From assembly GCA_965644295.1 (NCBI GenBank), contig CBFFRP010000035.1:124001-188000 (forward strand): 64,000 bases of DNA. Direction: 5' to 3'. Every line of letters begins with the position of its first letter. The first letter of the stretch is position 1. This document shows, piece by piece, positions 9,372 to 21,633 of the stretch. Origin of the DNA: Paraphysomonas bandaiensis (Eukaryota > Protista > Chrysophyceae). Position numbers and translations under genes: made by a program. The notes beneath the pieces were generated by a model, which had not been told where the DNA came from, did not search any database, and saw nothing but the letters and a program-made list of their open reading frames with translations.

Positions 9372-12300
9372 CTATGAATCTTCACTTCCAATTTTCTCTA
9401 GACGAGCTGCAGTAGCGGTATCAAGAAGTTCGTCCAAAACTCTTTTCATTAAATTTTTCTGTAACAGCGATGGTTAGAATATACTTCCAATACGAAACAA
9501 CAACAGCGATAATGATCCCATAACGAACCTGATACATTATTTGCAACCGTGCTGCGAAGTGAATGAAGTCAAGAAGCCCAATCTTGCCATCCCCATCAAT
9601 ATCAACTATCTCTAGAGCGTCTGCCGCATCACGTATTCCAGCCAAACCACCTGAATTACAACGACATATATATTGTTCGTGAGAACGTTAAAAGGCACAA
9701 AAGCTACGGGGCGCTACCTGTCTCTTCTCCATAGGCAACCAAATCTTCATAACCAATCATAGAGGAGCCAGAACTAAATGATATAAACATTACTTGGGTG
9801 CAGGACAGAGACAGAGAGCAGCACAGTTCTGACGGTATTCATACAAAAGTAAACGCTCAATGGAATATACAAATACATCAGCCCATAAATAACACATACC
9901 GATCAAAGAGCGAAAACAGTAATCGCAGCGCTAGCAATTCAGTATGAGTGAAATTAACCTATTCAGCATAAAGCCAGTGGCATCGAGTTGGTTAGTTTAC
10001 GACTGAAACAGGGAATCGGACAAAATATACAATTTATACATCGGGCACAGTTCTAACCTTCTTTTCACTATCAGGCCTATAGGAATGCAGGAAGTCGATA
10101 TCTACAGAGTCAGCAGGGGAAGGCGGACAAATTGAATCACCGCTTTGAAAACCGCTGGAAACATCCAATCTACAAGCGTTTCCCTATAGAGTGCATCAGT
10201 TGATATGCTAAAATGACACCTCGAGCATTGCATTCGTTTCCATATTTATAATACATTTCAGAAGTTTAATGCAATAAATTCACCTGTATCGCACTTGCCC
10301 TGGGTCTGCCTGTAGAGCTTTCTATTACATTGTCATCCCCAACGCCTAGTTGAGCTGAGCCACTTCCAAGAGATCCATCGTGAGAATGAGCTTTACACAA
10401 CATAGTATCGCCTGGGCGAGGAGAGCTTGAAAATATACTGTTATTAGCCACTGATACACTTGGCGACGTAGATATCTGGTGGTAGGTGGGGAGTGGGGAG
10501 AGGGAGTGCGCGCGTGGCGTCGTCGACACATCATTTAAAGACGAACGCCTCCCGCGACTTCTCGAGCTCTGAGATTCGCCAGGAATTGTCTATTACATTC
10601 ATATTAAATACGACACAGGATTAAATATACGTTCATGACGTATCACCGGACGCGAATTTAATATCTCATTTACACGGGTTGTTATCACCTGTGATCCATC
10701 TAACTCCACGCACATGGTTGACGGATCCAATGACGCCGATCGTTTCCGGTGTACAGTCTTTCTGTTCCTTAAATTCCTCTCTGTGTTTTCTCGAGCTTGT
10801 CGGTCAAATTTCTCACGGAGTGAGGCTACCATAGATGTGCGACCACGCTGAATGGTTTCACGGAATTCCTACCATAAAGTACAATAACACCAACCAGTCA
10901 CATACAAACCACATGGTGTGACATATACCGCTCCAAAAAAGCAGAAAATGATCATGTCATACAATCTACACATTTTAGGCTATGAGCGTACCAGCAATTC
11001 CTTCCGGTCGTTGCTCATGCGCGGATACTGTGGGTCACCCTCATGTAGAGTCACTGACGACCGCGTTTCGAACATTTTCTTTAAAGTAGATACAGATGTT
11101 TCCGGTTTCTCAGTTTCGGCCAGCTAATACATGACACACAACACATTCAACGTACATTAAGCGTTTAAAGTATTACATACCTCAAACTTTCGAGAGTGAG
11201 ATTTAATGGTCTACACAAATGCAAAAAGAGAAGTAAGCAAAAACCAACCACACTACATCCCAGTTGTACTGCAAACATATAGCCAACACCACTCCGTAAT
11301 ACGATATCTACGCATGAGCAAACTTGGCAAACTTACGTGCATGAACTTGGCAAGTTGATCGGGGTGGAGCTCGTTTATGGCATCTGAAGCGTGTGCCTGG
11401 GTATAGGTATTGCTCCGTAACAAGCTACCCTTGCACCTACGTATATACCACACACATTTAGATTAATTTCATTGTATGCAGTCTTGGATGGCTTCGTTAG
11501 AGTAGACGTAATTTCCAAAGAGAACATAAACCACACATATAAACACCAGTGAGCATATCAACCTTGAAACGTGTCCCATACTAACACTTGATCTCCGTGT
11601 GGGAGTGCCATCCTTGTTAGTTGGAGACTCCACAAAGCCTACATAAAATCATTCGAAATATTTAAATACGAAAAATATGCAAAAGTGAACACATGCACTT
11701 ATATCGCCACCTGACTGGGCTCTTTTGATAAAAGGATTCTGGGTTCCCCTAATATTCTCCAACTCAGCTTGTCGAGCCACCGCATCTGCTGTCCCTTCCA
11801 AGCGTGCATCTGTCGAACCTCGTCTCACCTGACTCAAAAATCCGCGTGGACTACTATTACTCCTGCTCATTTGTGAAAGTGTAAATTCTGGGGAGCGAGT
11901 TACTATGCAGGAGTCATCTCTAAAATGAGAGTGGCTACGATCAACCACAGATATACTCTTGCTTGTCTTTTTAATGCTATTGCTACGTCTCTTAACTTCG
12001 TGAGGTGAAAATGGGAGCAAATCAGATTTCTTTGCTTTACTAGTAGGTGTTGATTCCAACATATCAGGTGAGGTTGTTGGCAGCGATGTACACTGTGCAC
12101 TGGCATAGACAGCAGTTGACGGCTCACTCTTTCTCTCTTTCATCTTCCCCTTAGGCGTAGACTGTCCGCAAAACCCTTGGGGCTCATCAAGACTGTCCTC
12201 GCTGACGTGAGGTTCACTTGCATTACATGTGTTGCCATTCTTTTCGTCCTCATTTTCATCGATGGAATCAAAAATGCCACTATGCTTGAGTCGATAGGGT

Positions 12301-15300
12301 GCTGATGCTGCCCGTGATCTCAACACACTTGGACTCCTCTCCTGTGATGAATTGGAATCGTTTGGAGATCGCAACTCGGAGGAGAGAGTTCCAGCAGCTG
12401 TATAAACATCTGTCGAATCTGTAGAATGGGATTGTGAAGTGACAACATTCAATACACCAATCGTATCGGACATCAGGGGTTTCTCAACGGTATTCTGTAA
12501 CACCTCGCAACTATCCCCGGTAATAGAAGTGTGATTCGTGTCTATACCACCGGCTTCATTATACGCTGCAATCGCACAGTCACTATCTCTATGCACAATA
12601 GCTTCTCTGGGCTCATTGTAAATATCGCTACCCCTACAGTCTTCTGTTTCACTTCCATTACTATAGCTTCGTTTCATGCCATCATCCATGGCAGAATCAT
12701 CCGGCACGTCATCATCAACTAATAAATTCTCTTCAGGGCCTAGCTCTATGGCTAATCTACACAAAGTATATCGTTATTGTGACCGCCAAGCGGACAACGA
12801 AGTGAGCAACCAACCTCACAAAATCTTTGAATGACGTCGGCATATACGGACAAATGCCAATCACAGTGAGTATATGATTGTTCATTTGACTTTCCATAAT
12901 CTCAGGTTTAGGATGTTCCACGCAGTCATACTGCAACACCCTTAGTTCTTCTATCGTAGTATCTACAACAGAAGGGAAATTATTGCTATGGAGATAAATG
13001 AACAACATATTCACAAAGGTCTAAAGTCATAGATACAGCTTCAGCTATATAAGTCCACGCACCTATTCGCAGAATCGCCCCCTTATTCGCATAACGGTCG
13101 CAATAATTTGGTGCCGAAAATACAGTTATCACTATATTGCCCAAGGTAAGACAAGAACATACATCAAAACCAATTTCAAAAGTTTTGAAATTTACGGCCA
13201 TACGAGTATATAAACTGATGAGTATGACGTGGTAACAAACATCAAGAACAGAAAGAAAAACGCAATAATGGTATTTCGCATTCACAAAACATTTAACACA
13301 CCTGTTGGAATATCGTCCGACGGATAGTACTCTTGCTCTTCAAAAGTGAACGATGCTGAAGTCGAACCTGATTTGAACTCGCCTTGATCTGCTGATGATA
13401 AATTACTGTCTAAGCTGAAAGGAACCTTCGAAGTAAGAGGAGACGTCGGAGTCTCCGGGGACTTAACGTCTTGAAACGATACACTTCGATTGGTCAACCG
13501 TCGTTTATAATTTAGTTTGTTTTTAGTATGCAACATACGAGCCTCTATGAAGGCTGGATCAAAATGTTTATGGTACCCAACTTCTTGTACCTCGTGAGCT
13601 CGGACGATGCACACCAAGTTATTCTATACGACACACAGTTACATAGTCATGAAGATATTGTGATAGCACTCTCATAATAGACGTTATACTATGCTACATG
13701 ACAACAACACGATAATGTTGCATAACCTGACTCAGAAACTCGTTCACAGCTTTGTAACCATAACAGTACGAACAACCTAGAATGATTCGGTTATAAATAT
13801 ATATGACATTCAGACACGATGCAATGAATTACCTCGACTGGGATTCGGTCTCCAATCAATAGACAAAAACTCAGAAAACTCTTCATCTGTTCGGGAACAC
13901 AAGACAAATGTCAAGCATAAACTACTGCATGGGGTAAGTGCTACCAGTCATGCTATCCACCCGTTCTTCAGTAATGGGGTCTGACCACAGAATATCCAGG
14001 AGAGTCAAATTTTCCTCAGGTTCAACAAATCTAAACCGACAGCACTGTTTAATACAAGTATCTGCTTCAAGTGCAATCTACCCAATTCTTTCGTACAACA
14101 TATGCATGATGTAGTGAAACAATGTGAACTATCAACCGACATTATCTATCATGATTCGCCCACCTATCTATCTTTTCCAAGTCATCCAAGGTCTTTACTC
14201 CAGGGGATAATCCTCCATGGCAAGCAAACACACTACCGTATTCAGTTGTGATTACCGCCGCCAGCGGTAATGTCTGAAACATTAACAGAAATCTGTAATA
14301 GACCTGCACACCGTACTTCATCTTGCATTCCTCCTTGAACCCAAAGTGACCCGACACACTGGCGCATTCATGATTGCCTCGAATTAGCCAAACTCTGACA
14401 AAACATATTATAATAGGCACACTATGTGTAAGACATATTCAAGCGCAAAATCAAAAGGCGTGCAATACATACAAATCGGAACTACTCAATTTTACTCACT
14501 TATCAGGATAGGTCACTTTGTAGGCCAGCAGCGCCAGTATCACTTCACAACTGAAACTTCCTCTATCCACATAATCGCCGAGAAATAAATACATTCCATT
14601 TTCACCTGGAATACCCCCAACTTCAAATATATTCAACAAGTCATAAAATTGTCCATGAATGTCGCCCACGGTAACCACAGGAGCACTGAGTCGTAATACA
14701 TTGGGCTCTCGAGACAATATGTTCTTCGCCCGATTGATAAGTTCCATAGCCGCCCCCATCTCCATCCGTTTCTGATGGCGAAACCGTTCGATTAACTCTG
14801 TAGGTACAACGTCAGGCCATGTATGCGTCTTATCTTTGAGTAATAGACTGTTCCCCTCAAGCGTAACAAAGTCTAAAGGAGTGTTCGCTAGAGCATCTGC
14901 GATTTTCGTTTCTTCAACAACAGATACGCGTTTCTTCGTTGAGTGATGTAGGCAATACACATCTAACGCACAGGCCTTGTTCTGACACATAGGTTCTTTA
15001 CAGGGCCCGAATCGCATAGAATCAGAACTTCTGGAGGATCTAATAGTCGGTTTAGCTGAGTCTAGGGAAAGGCGTAGGGGCTGCTGGGACACTGGGTTTT
15101 GCTTCGTGAACTCGGCAAGCGAGCTTGCACGCGGCTTCACACTGATATCTGAATCACTTCGTGACACTAAATTAGTCAATTGCGCACTATCATTCCCAGA
15201 TGTTGAGTCAGTAACATTCAACACAGACACGACACATTCGCCAATATCATCCACACTGCTGCCGTTGTATTCATCCCCGCACTCGGGACAGTAAAAAGTA

Positions 15301-15428
15301 TCATCCATAATATCATTCTCAATACAAGCTCTGCAGAGAACATGAGTACATGTAAGCTTAAACGGATTCAGAGCTTCAGGTGAGCTGGCAAATCTCTCAT
15401 AGCACACGGGACAACTCTCAGAATCCAT
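9372..15428 (-). CDS. Multi-exon RING finger + calcineurin-A-like PPP Ser/Thr phosphatase + long disordered linker + C-terminal EF-hand pair
   Basis: N-terminal C3HC4 RING ([17 protein letters not shown]); PPP motifs GDIHGQ, GDYVDRG, RGNHE, HGG, RAHE and SAPNY; a chain of minus-strand exons down to [15 protein letters not shown] and [13 protein letters not shown]; last exon KNLMKR...EDS* ends at 9372. That this is a single gene is inferred. Confidence 0.75.
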
Positions 15429-15600
15429 ACGAATAAATCAACCGTTAAATCGGAGAAAAAATTCTAATAAAAATATACCACCATGCACATACAGCAGATA
15501 CCGTTCGCGTATAGAGTTAGCTCGTTTAATAGTTTATTAAGGGGCCATTGCAGTGCAGTGCAGTGGACTTACTCTGATTGCTGTCACTATAAAATTTACT

Positions 15601-15757
15601 GCACAGGTACACAGTGTCATAGTACGTAGGTACACACTGACAAAGTACAGTACAGAGGTACACAGGTACACAGGTACACAGTGTCATAATTGCACAGGTA
15701 CACAGTGACATAGTACGTAGGTACACACTGACAAAGCACAGTACACAGGTACACAGG
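15601..15757. repeat. Imperfect tandem repeat built from (c)aggtacac / acagt units
   Basis: Duplicated block gcacaggtacacagtg-catagtacgtaggtacacactgacaaag plus multiple caggtaca units. Confidence 0.85.
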
Positions 15758-15871
15758 CAAAATCAAATCCATTTGAAGAACAAATGGAAAACCCCCACAA
15801 CCTGTATACCTGGTATACAGCAGTATTCTAGAGTACTGTTTTTCCAACATCACATGTGAGAACGCACTGCA

Positions 15872-16048
15872 CTGCGGGTGGTTGTGCATATCGATTTCAT
15901 CGATTTGTTCATCATTTATTTCATCGAAAAATCATCGTTTTTTCATTAAAAAGTCACTTTTTTTCACTTTTCACTGAAAAAACGATGATTTTTCGATGAA
16001 ATAAACTATGAACAAATCGATGAAATCGATATGCACAACCACCCCCTG
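15872..16048. mobile_element. Fold-back MITE, probably Tc1/mariner-type
   Basis: ~75-bp near-perfect inverted arms (gggtggttgtgcatatcgatttcatcgatttgttcat... / ...atgaacaaatcgatgaaatcgatatgcacaaccaccc). The right end is CCCCTG followed by TA; the left end is the degenerate CA|CTGCGGG. Confidence 0.85.
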
Positions 16049-16439
16049 TACTGGCTAAAGATACTGCGAAATGCCCACTTTTTTATCATACGTGTTTATT
16101 TTGATGTCATAAAACCGCTCATATTTCACCACAATCGTCTGTGTACTCTGTACGTACAGTATGTATGTACATTATGGGATTCGATTTATACCACAAAATC
16201 TGCCATAATCAGAGTACAGAAAATACACCTCACCAATTAGTAGCTGCGCTTTTGGTGGTCGTCCTATGATGGCATATCACACCACAGCGATTACATGCAC
16301 CATAATCACAGCAAAGGTGCCTTTTCTTTTGCTGCCAGCATTTCTTGACCTCTGAACTTTCGTGAGATCCCTCGAGTGAAGGTGAAGCGACAAATTAATC
16401 TGGTGTTCATCGAATATCTGTGAGCTTGAAGTTTACAGT

Positions 16440-17547
16440 ATGCAGAAGAATAGCTGCTCCTTTGCATTTGCAATCGTTGTATTTCTTGCAATCGCTGCTT
16501 TGATATTACACCAAATTGCATTGTTTTTTCCATGGTGGGATTGTGCAGGTGCCCCTTACTTATACGTGTCTTTTCATCACAATATTAAAGGCGTGAGGTT
16601 CGTGTTTATTTCACATGTATTCGACTAGAATTATTATTGAAACAGGAAATACTCTCGTAATGGTTGTTTTCTAAGTAAAAATATATTGGGAAACCATGTC
16701 GATGAAGCGCGTTCTGTTGCAGTGCATCAGTATCGTGGGCATGAGGCACTGTACGTGTGTGAAGCCAGGTAAGGCATTTTGAAGTATTCCTCCTGCTCTC
16801 ATACTACCGTCCTACCTCAGAGCACGTGAAAATACTTCGAGCATAATAGTATATGATGAATGTGATACGAGAGGGCGGAGGCGATATTTGAAAACAGTCG
16901 CATGGATGGGTACTAATCCTGGTGTAAATCATCCATATGGAATTGATTTTGATAGTTCTGGTAACATATACGCATCCTTTCAACACACAAATGTAGTTCT
17001 CCGGTTTAAAAAGGATACATTTGAACCCATGCCGCTACCAGGCTACATTACAACTACTCTCAACCGAACAACAGGGTTTTATCCGGGAACATTCTTCGGG
17101 TATGACTACACAGGGAGAAGTAAGAAAGAGGGCATTCGTGATATTGCGTTTGTGCACGGAGACTTATGGGTGGCTAACGAAGACATCCATGGTGTCTCAG
17201 TTGTGTCTCCATATGGGGAGGAGATCCATAGAATACGTATGAGAGATAGAGCAAAGCCAATAGGAATTTTATTTGACAAAGATCGCAACTTAGTTTTCAT
17301 TAGCACGAAGTCATCGTACGGAGCGGTCTATGGAATAAATGCCGTCACTAGAAAAGTCGAGAAAATATATTACGTCGATGGCATGACCCATTCCACTGGC
17401 CTTACTTCATACGGCGGTGTGCTGTATGTTGCTGCTCAAGACATGGGAAAGGTCCTTTCATTCAATATAGACACCACAGAATTTTTGTCAGTTGTGATTA
17501 AACACTTTCCTGATACCATTGAGCAGATTTCTTTGAGTTACTGCTAG
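16440..17547 (+). CDS. Signal-anchored/secreted beta-propeller protein (NHL/SMP-30-like), 3 exons
   Basis: Hydrophobic N-terminus; two GT-AG introns link the 16440 ORF to the 16888 ORF; blade motifs HPYGIDFDSSGNIY and KPIGILFD. Confidence 0.7.
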
Positions 17548-17939
17548 GTGCTACGATAAATAATAGTTTTAAGTAACGCTGGTATAATTGTTTTACCTGG
17601 AGTATTGCTATTGCGCTACGGCAAGCACAAAGGTGCGCCGGAATATGAACGAATACTGAGCAAAGAGCACAATGACCCGTCATGCTACACCATATCATGC
17701 AATAATTACATGGCGGAAGTTCAGCATACATACACTGTCACTTATTATGTATACTCTACAATATATCCTTTTGCTCTACACTAAACACTAAACATATCTA
17801 TAGTACCTCCCACGGTTACGTATTTCCACCTCAATGAGAACGATACGGTTCGTCGTTATATAACTGATCTTGCCTTCTTGTTACTTATCTCAAAATTAAT
17901 GAGTGGATCAGAGTTTTCTATCTAAACAATAATTCCAAC

Positions 17940-18074
17940 CAGGGTCAGTCAAAAATATATAGGAATGCAATATGAATATTGCAAATATTTATTCTTGCTT
18001 GCTACAATATATTGATTATTATTTTAGCAAAATTTGGCTCGCAATATATTGCAATATATTGTTGACTGGCCCTG
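17940..18074. mobile_element. hAT-type MITE (135 bp)
   Basis: TIRs cagggtcagtcaaaaatatat / atatattgttgactggccctg; perfect 8-bp TSD attccaac at 17932-17939 and 18075-18082. Confidence 0.93.
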
Positions 18075-18609
18075 ATTCCAACATATCATATACCACATAC
18101 CCACCAGCACAACGTATCAAATAACAAGACTGTAGTATTTTTATAGATATCAGTATGAGATAATTGCATAGAAACCGGGTTATATGCTATGGCAGCATGA
18201 GTATCCCGGATCTCTGGAAGATTTCCAATCCGCTCGCGATAAGACAAAGCCACGGAAACCTTTGATAAGCCAATCTTGACGTATGAACTCCAAGTGAGAG
18301 CAATGTACAAGCAGAGGTCACTGCCTCTCATCTTGTCTCCAACGAAGATGGACTTGTTGCCAATTAGAGGATGATTTATGCATTTTAGCTTCCTTTTGGA
18401 GTCACGAGCAGTGGAATCCAATTTGGGATTGAGCAAATGACCAATAGTCATGAGATAATTCGCTCCCACTGAGCTAAGGGTATGTTGAACCAGGGCCCTC
18501 TTATAGAGCCTACAGACACGCAAAAAGACAATAGCCACCCAATCTATAATAAAGAATATCATCTATTTGAAATATTGAAAACATCACTCATCAAGTCTGT
18601 TATGTACTG

Positions 18610-18805
18610 CAGAGTGGTAGCGTTCTCCTTCAGAATGAACGGGGCAAGGAACGTTCATTTTCGGATTGATTGCGTAAAACGCTTTACTAGATGCCGTCAT
18701 GTGTGTTGAAATGTCCACTGCCTGCTTCTAGGTGAACACCAGCGATCTTTGCTGCAACAAAGTTATCAGCTCCATATGAGGTTGGAGTGTAGTAAAGCTT
18801 CACCA
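18610..18805 (+). mobile_element. hAT-like element end; inverted copy of 21235-21375
   Basis: cagagtggtagcgttctccttcagaa...gctttactagatgccg...gtgtagtaaagcttcacca matches the reverse complement of 21235-21375, apart from two small insertions. Confidence 0.7.
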
Positions 18806-19507
18806 ACTCTTAAAATGGCGTTTTAGAACTTTTTGGGTAATTCATACAAAACTGACCGTTAAAAAACATTTCTTACCTTACCCAAAAATGCCTGAAAGGA
18901 AACAGGTAGAGTGGCAATCCCGTATATGGGTGATACTCACACGAGATGTGTACGAATATAATATAATCTTGAATGATGTTTGAAGATGTTGCCTACGATG
19001 ATGGTAGTGATGACAGTCATGAGTGTTGGTTGCGATGATGTCAATTTAGTCGTTTCCCTCAGAGAGCGGAGGCCTGAACTATTGGAGATGCCAGTAGTTT
19101 ACCCCATAGAACAGCGATAAATACACTGATGCTCCGTCATGGAAAGAAGACACTTTGCTTGTTCCGACTCAGATTCAGTGTGTGGAAAAGCAGGATATAA
19201 TCCATATCTACAGTAGATATATGGGATTTTTTGATGGATTTAGGGATTTGGGTAGTTTTTAGGACAATCCTCACATTTTCTTCAGAGCCGAAGTATTCCC
19301 AAGCCAACGTGCGGATATTTCTGTCAATGAAGAGCATGACTTGCTTGTATCAGATATGAGACAGCGAGCATCAGCTCAGCCCATTCGATCAGTAGTTATT
19401 GGACACTCCTCCTACTTTCCACTAGAATTCATCTGCAGATACACAACTTGCAGCATTTTCCGTTAGATACAGTGCATTGCAGTTCCATCTAGAGAGGTCT
19501 CTGCAAC

Positions 19508-20665
19508 ATGAGTTGTTCGTACTCTGCGACTGTCGCTGTGCTTAGCAATGATGATTTGCTGTCAATAATAGTTAGCTATTTACTTGGTGAAGAAAATCAG
19601 AACGATGTGGCATTTCCGATGTTTATTCTATGCTCAACCTTCAGAAGTATGTATGAGCTCGTATTTAATTGCAAAAGTATGAGGGGAATATATACTTACC
19701 CTTTCATATCTTATGGGTCCCACTTTCTTCAGTCTCTATCTCTTATAAAGTGGGCTAAACGTGAAGGGTGTAATGTACTCTCCGCAAAGCAGTTTGCAAC
19801 TGCAGCAGCTCAAAGCCCCTTAGATGTATTGGAGTGGCTAAACAACCAAGGCTGCCCTCGTGATGAAAGAGCTTTCGCGGCTGCAGCTACAGCTGGTCGA
19901 TTAGATATTATGGTGTGGCTTCACAACTTGCTTCCGCCATGTCCTTGGAATCATCATACTACCGCAGGTGCAGCTAGTACAGGACAATTGCGAATTCTTC
20001 AGTGGCTGCGAGCACAAGATCCACCGTGTCCCTGGCTGAGCGATACATGTCACATGGCCGCCCTTAACAACCACTTGGACATTCTTCAATGGGCCAGGGA
20101 GAATGGCTGCCCATGGGCCTCAGGAACATTCTCTAATGCAGCCTTTGGAGGTCATTTGGATGTATTAGAGTGGGCTGTAAACTGTGAAGACAAACCAATC
20201 GGTTGGAATCGACGAATATGTGAAGCTGCTTCAAGAGGAAATCATTTATCGCTCCTCAAATGGGCACGTATTCAATACTATGCTCCATGGAATGAGAAGG
20301 TATGCGCCAATGCCGCCAGGAACGGGAACTTAGAAATGCTTCAGTGGGTCCGATCGCAGCCTATGCGGTGTCCGTGGGACAAAGAGACGTGTGTAGCTGC
20401 TGCATTTGAAGGACATCTTCACATATTAGAGTGGGTTCGTGCTACTCAACATGACGAGGATCAGTGTCCGTGGGACGCAAACGTTTGTGCTGCCGCCACC
20501 GCCGCTGGACATCTTCATGTTCTTCAATGGCTACGTGCTCAAACCCCTCCATGCCCCTGGGATTATAATACCTACACGAGTGCACAAAGTAAGAAGAACG
20601 CAGCGATTTTGACATGGCTAGAGGCACAGTATCCCCCTTGTCCAACAACGAGATTCACCTATTGA
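19508..20665 (+). CDS. F-box-like + ankyrin-repeat protein (giant-virus/algal 'CPW' ankyrin type), intronless
   Basis: Repeats of the form AAxxGHLxxLxW...PCPW; the N-terminus LSNDDLLSIIVSYL resembles the first F-box helix. Confidence 0.88.
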   Translation: MSCSYSATVAVLSNDDLLSIIVSYLLGEENQNDVAFPMFILCSTFRSMYELVFNCKSMRGIYTYPFISYGSHFLQSLSLIKWAKREGCNVLSAKQFATAAAQSPLDVLEWLNNQGCPRDERAFAAAATAGRLDIMVWLHNLLPPCPWNHHTTAGAASTGQLRILQWLRAQDPPCPWLSDTCHMAALNNHLDILQWARENGCPWASGTFSNAAFGGHLDVLEWAVNCEDKPIGWNRRICEAASRGNHLSLLKWARIQYYAPWNEKVCANAARNGNLEMLQWVRSQPMRCPWDKETCVAAAFEGHLHILEWVRATQHDEDQCPWDANVCAAATAAGHLHVLQWLRAQTPPCPWDYNTYTSAQSKKNAAILTWLEAQYPPCPTTRFTY

Positions 20666-21009
20666 TTGTTAGAAGTAGTGGATTATCTGAAAGCAAATTT
20701 GAAAAGACTGTTATCTATTATTTGTGATATTTCGCACTGTAATTTATTACTTTGCTGAAATCATATATTTCAATGTTGACAGCTTTGCTGAGTAAACTTG
20801 CATTAAAATTTTCTCAGGTATAAACAAAGTGATGATTAAGGATTTAACGATTACTTGCTTTAATTCTTCTTAAACCTCACAGCGCCGTGTTCTTGTAGCT
20901 GATTTCTAAGTAGCATAAATTGCCAAAAGTTCCTTGTTTTCTTGTAAAATATAAGTACCAAGTAGAATTTCAACCACAATTTTGTCAATATTTATGACAC
21001 ACTTTGTAC

Positions 21010-21375
21010 CAGGGTTATTACGCCACGAAAGATATAAGAATACATGATGGTAGTTTGGGAAGTGATCCATTGAATATATCTCTGTCGATATTCGATATCA
21101 GGGAAGTAAAGTTATAGTGCTATTTATACCACTGCAACAAGAGAAGTAGCATTGTTTGTTAACAAGAGTAGTGTGCTGTATGAGTGATATGTTGCACGGA
21201 GACATATCACAACCACTACTTTCAACAAGTACAATGGTGAAGCTTTACTACACTCGGACCTCATTTGGAGCTGATATCTTTATTGAACCCAAGATCGTTA
21301 GTGTTCACCTAGAAGCAGTCGGCATCTAGTAAAGCTTTTTACGTAACACTTCTGAAGGGGAACGCTACCACCCTG
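21010..21375 (-). mobile_element. hAT-like MITE (~366 bp)
   Basis: Ends cagggttattacg / cgctaccaccctg. The right flank cacacttt also occurs at 20998-21005, 4 nt before the left end. The right part is homologous to 18610-18805. Confidence 0.55.
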
Positions 21376-21633
21376 CACACTTTAAATTATTACAAATATA
21401 TGCTGTTTATTTTGTGTCAGCAAGCTCTATGAGAGGATCTTGATTCAACTGACCCTCAGCTTTCATTGTCATGGATATTCTACATTCTACATTACATTGC
21501 TATCCTAATTGTAAGAGAAGATGGTGATTGTAGGTAATATTATCATTACAACACATGAACAGCACTATCCTTCAAATGAAACATTCAAATGCACACTGGG
21601 CTAGGCAACTACTACCTCGTAATTTATATATTA

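Noticed and set aside
18086-18562. 158-aa minus-strand ORF
   Set aside because: No domain signature and wedged between transposon fragments; cannot be distinguished from chance or a pseudogene.
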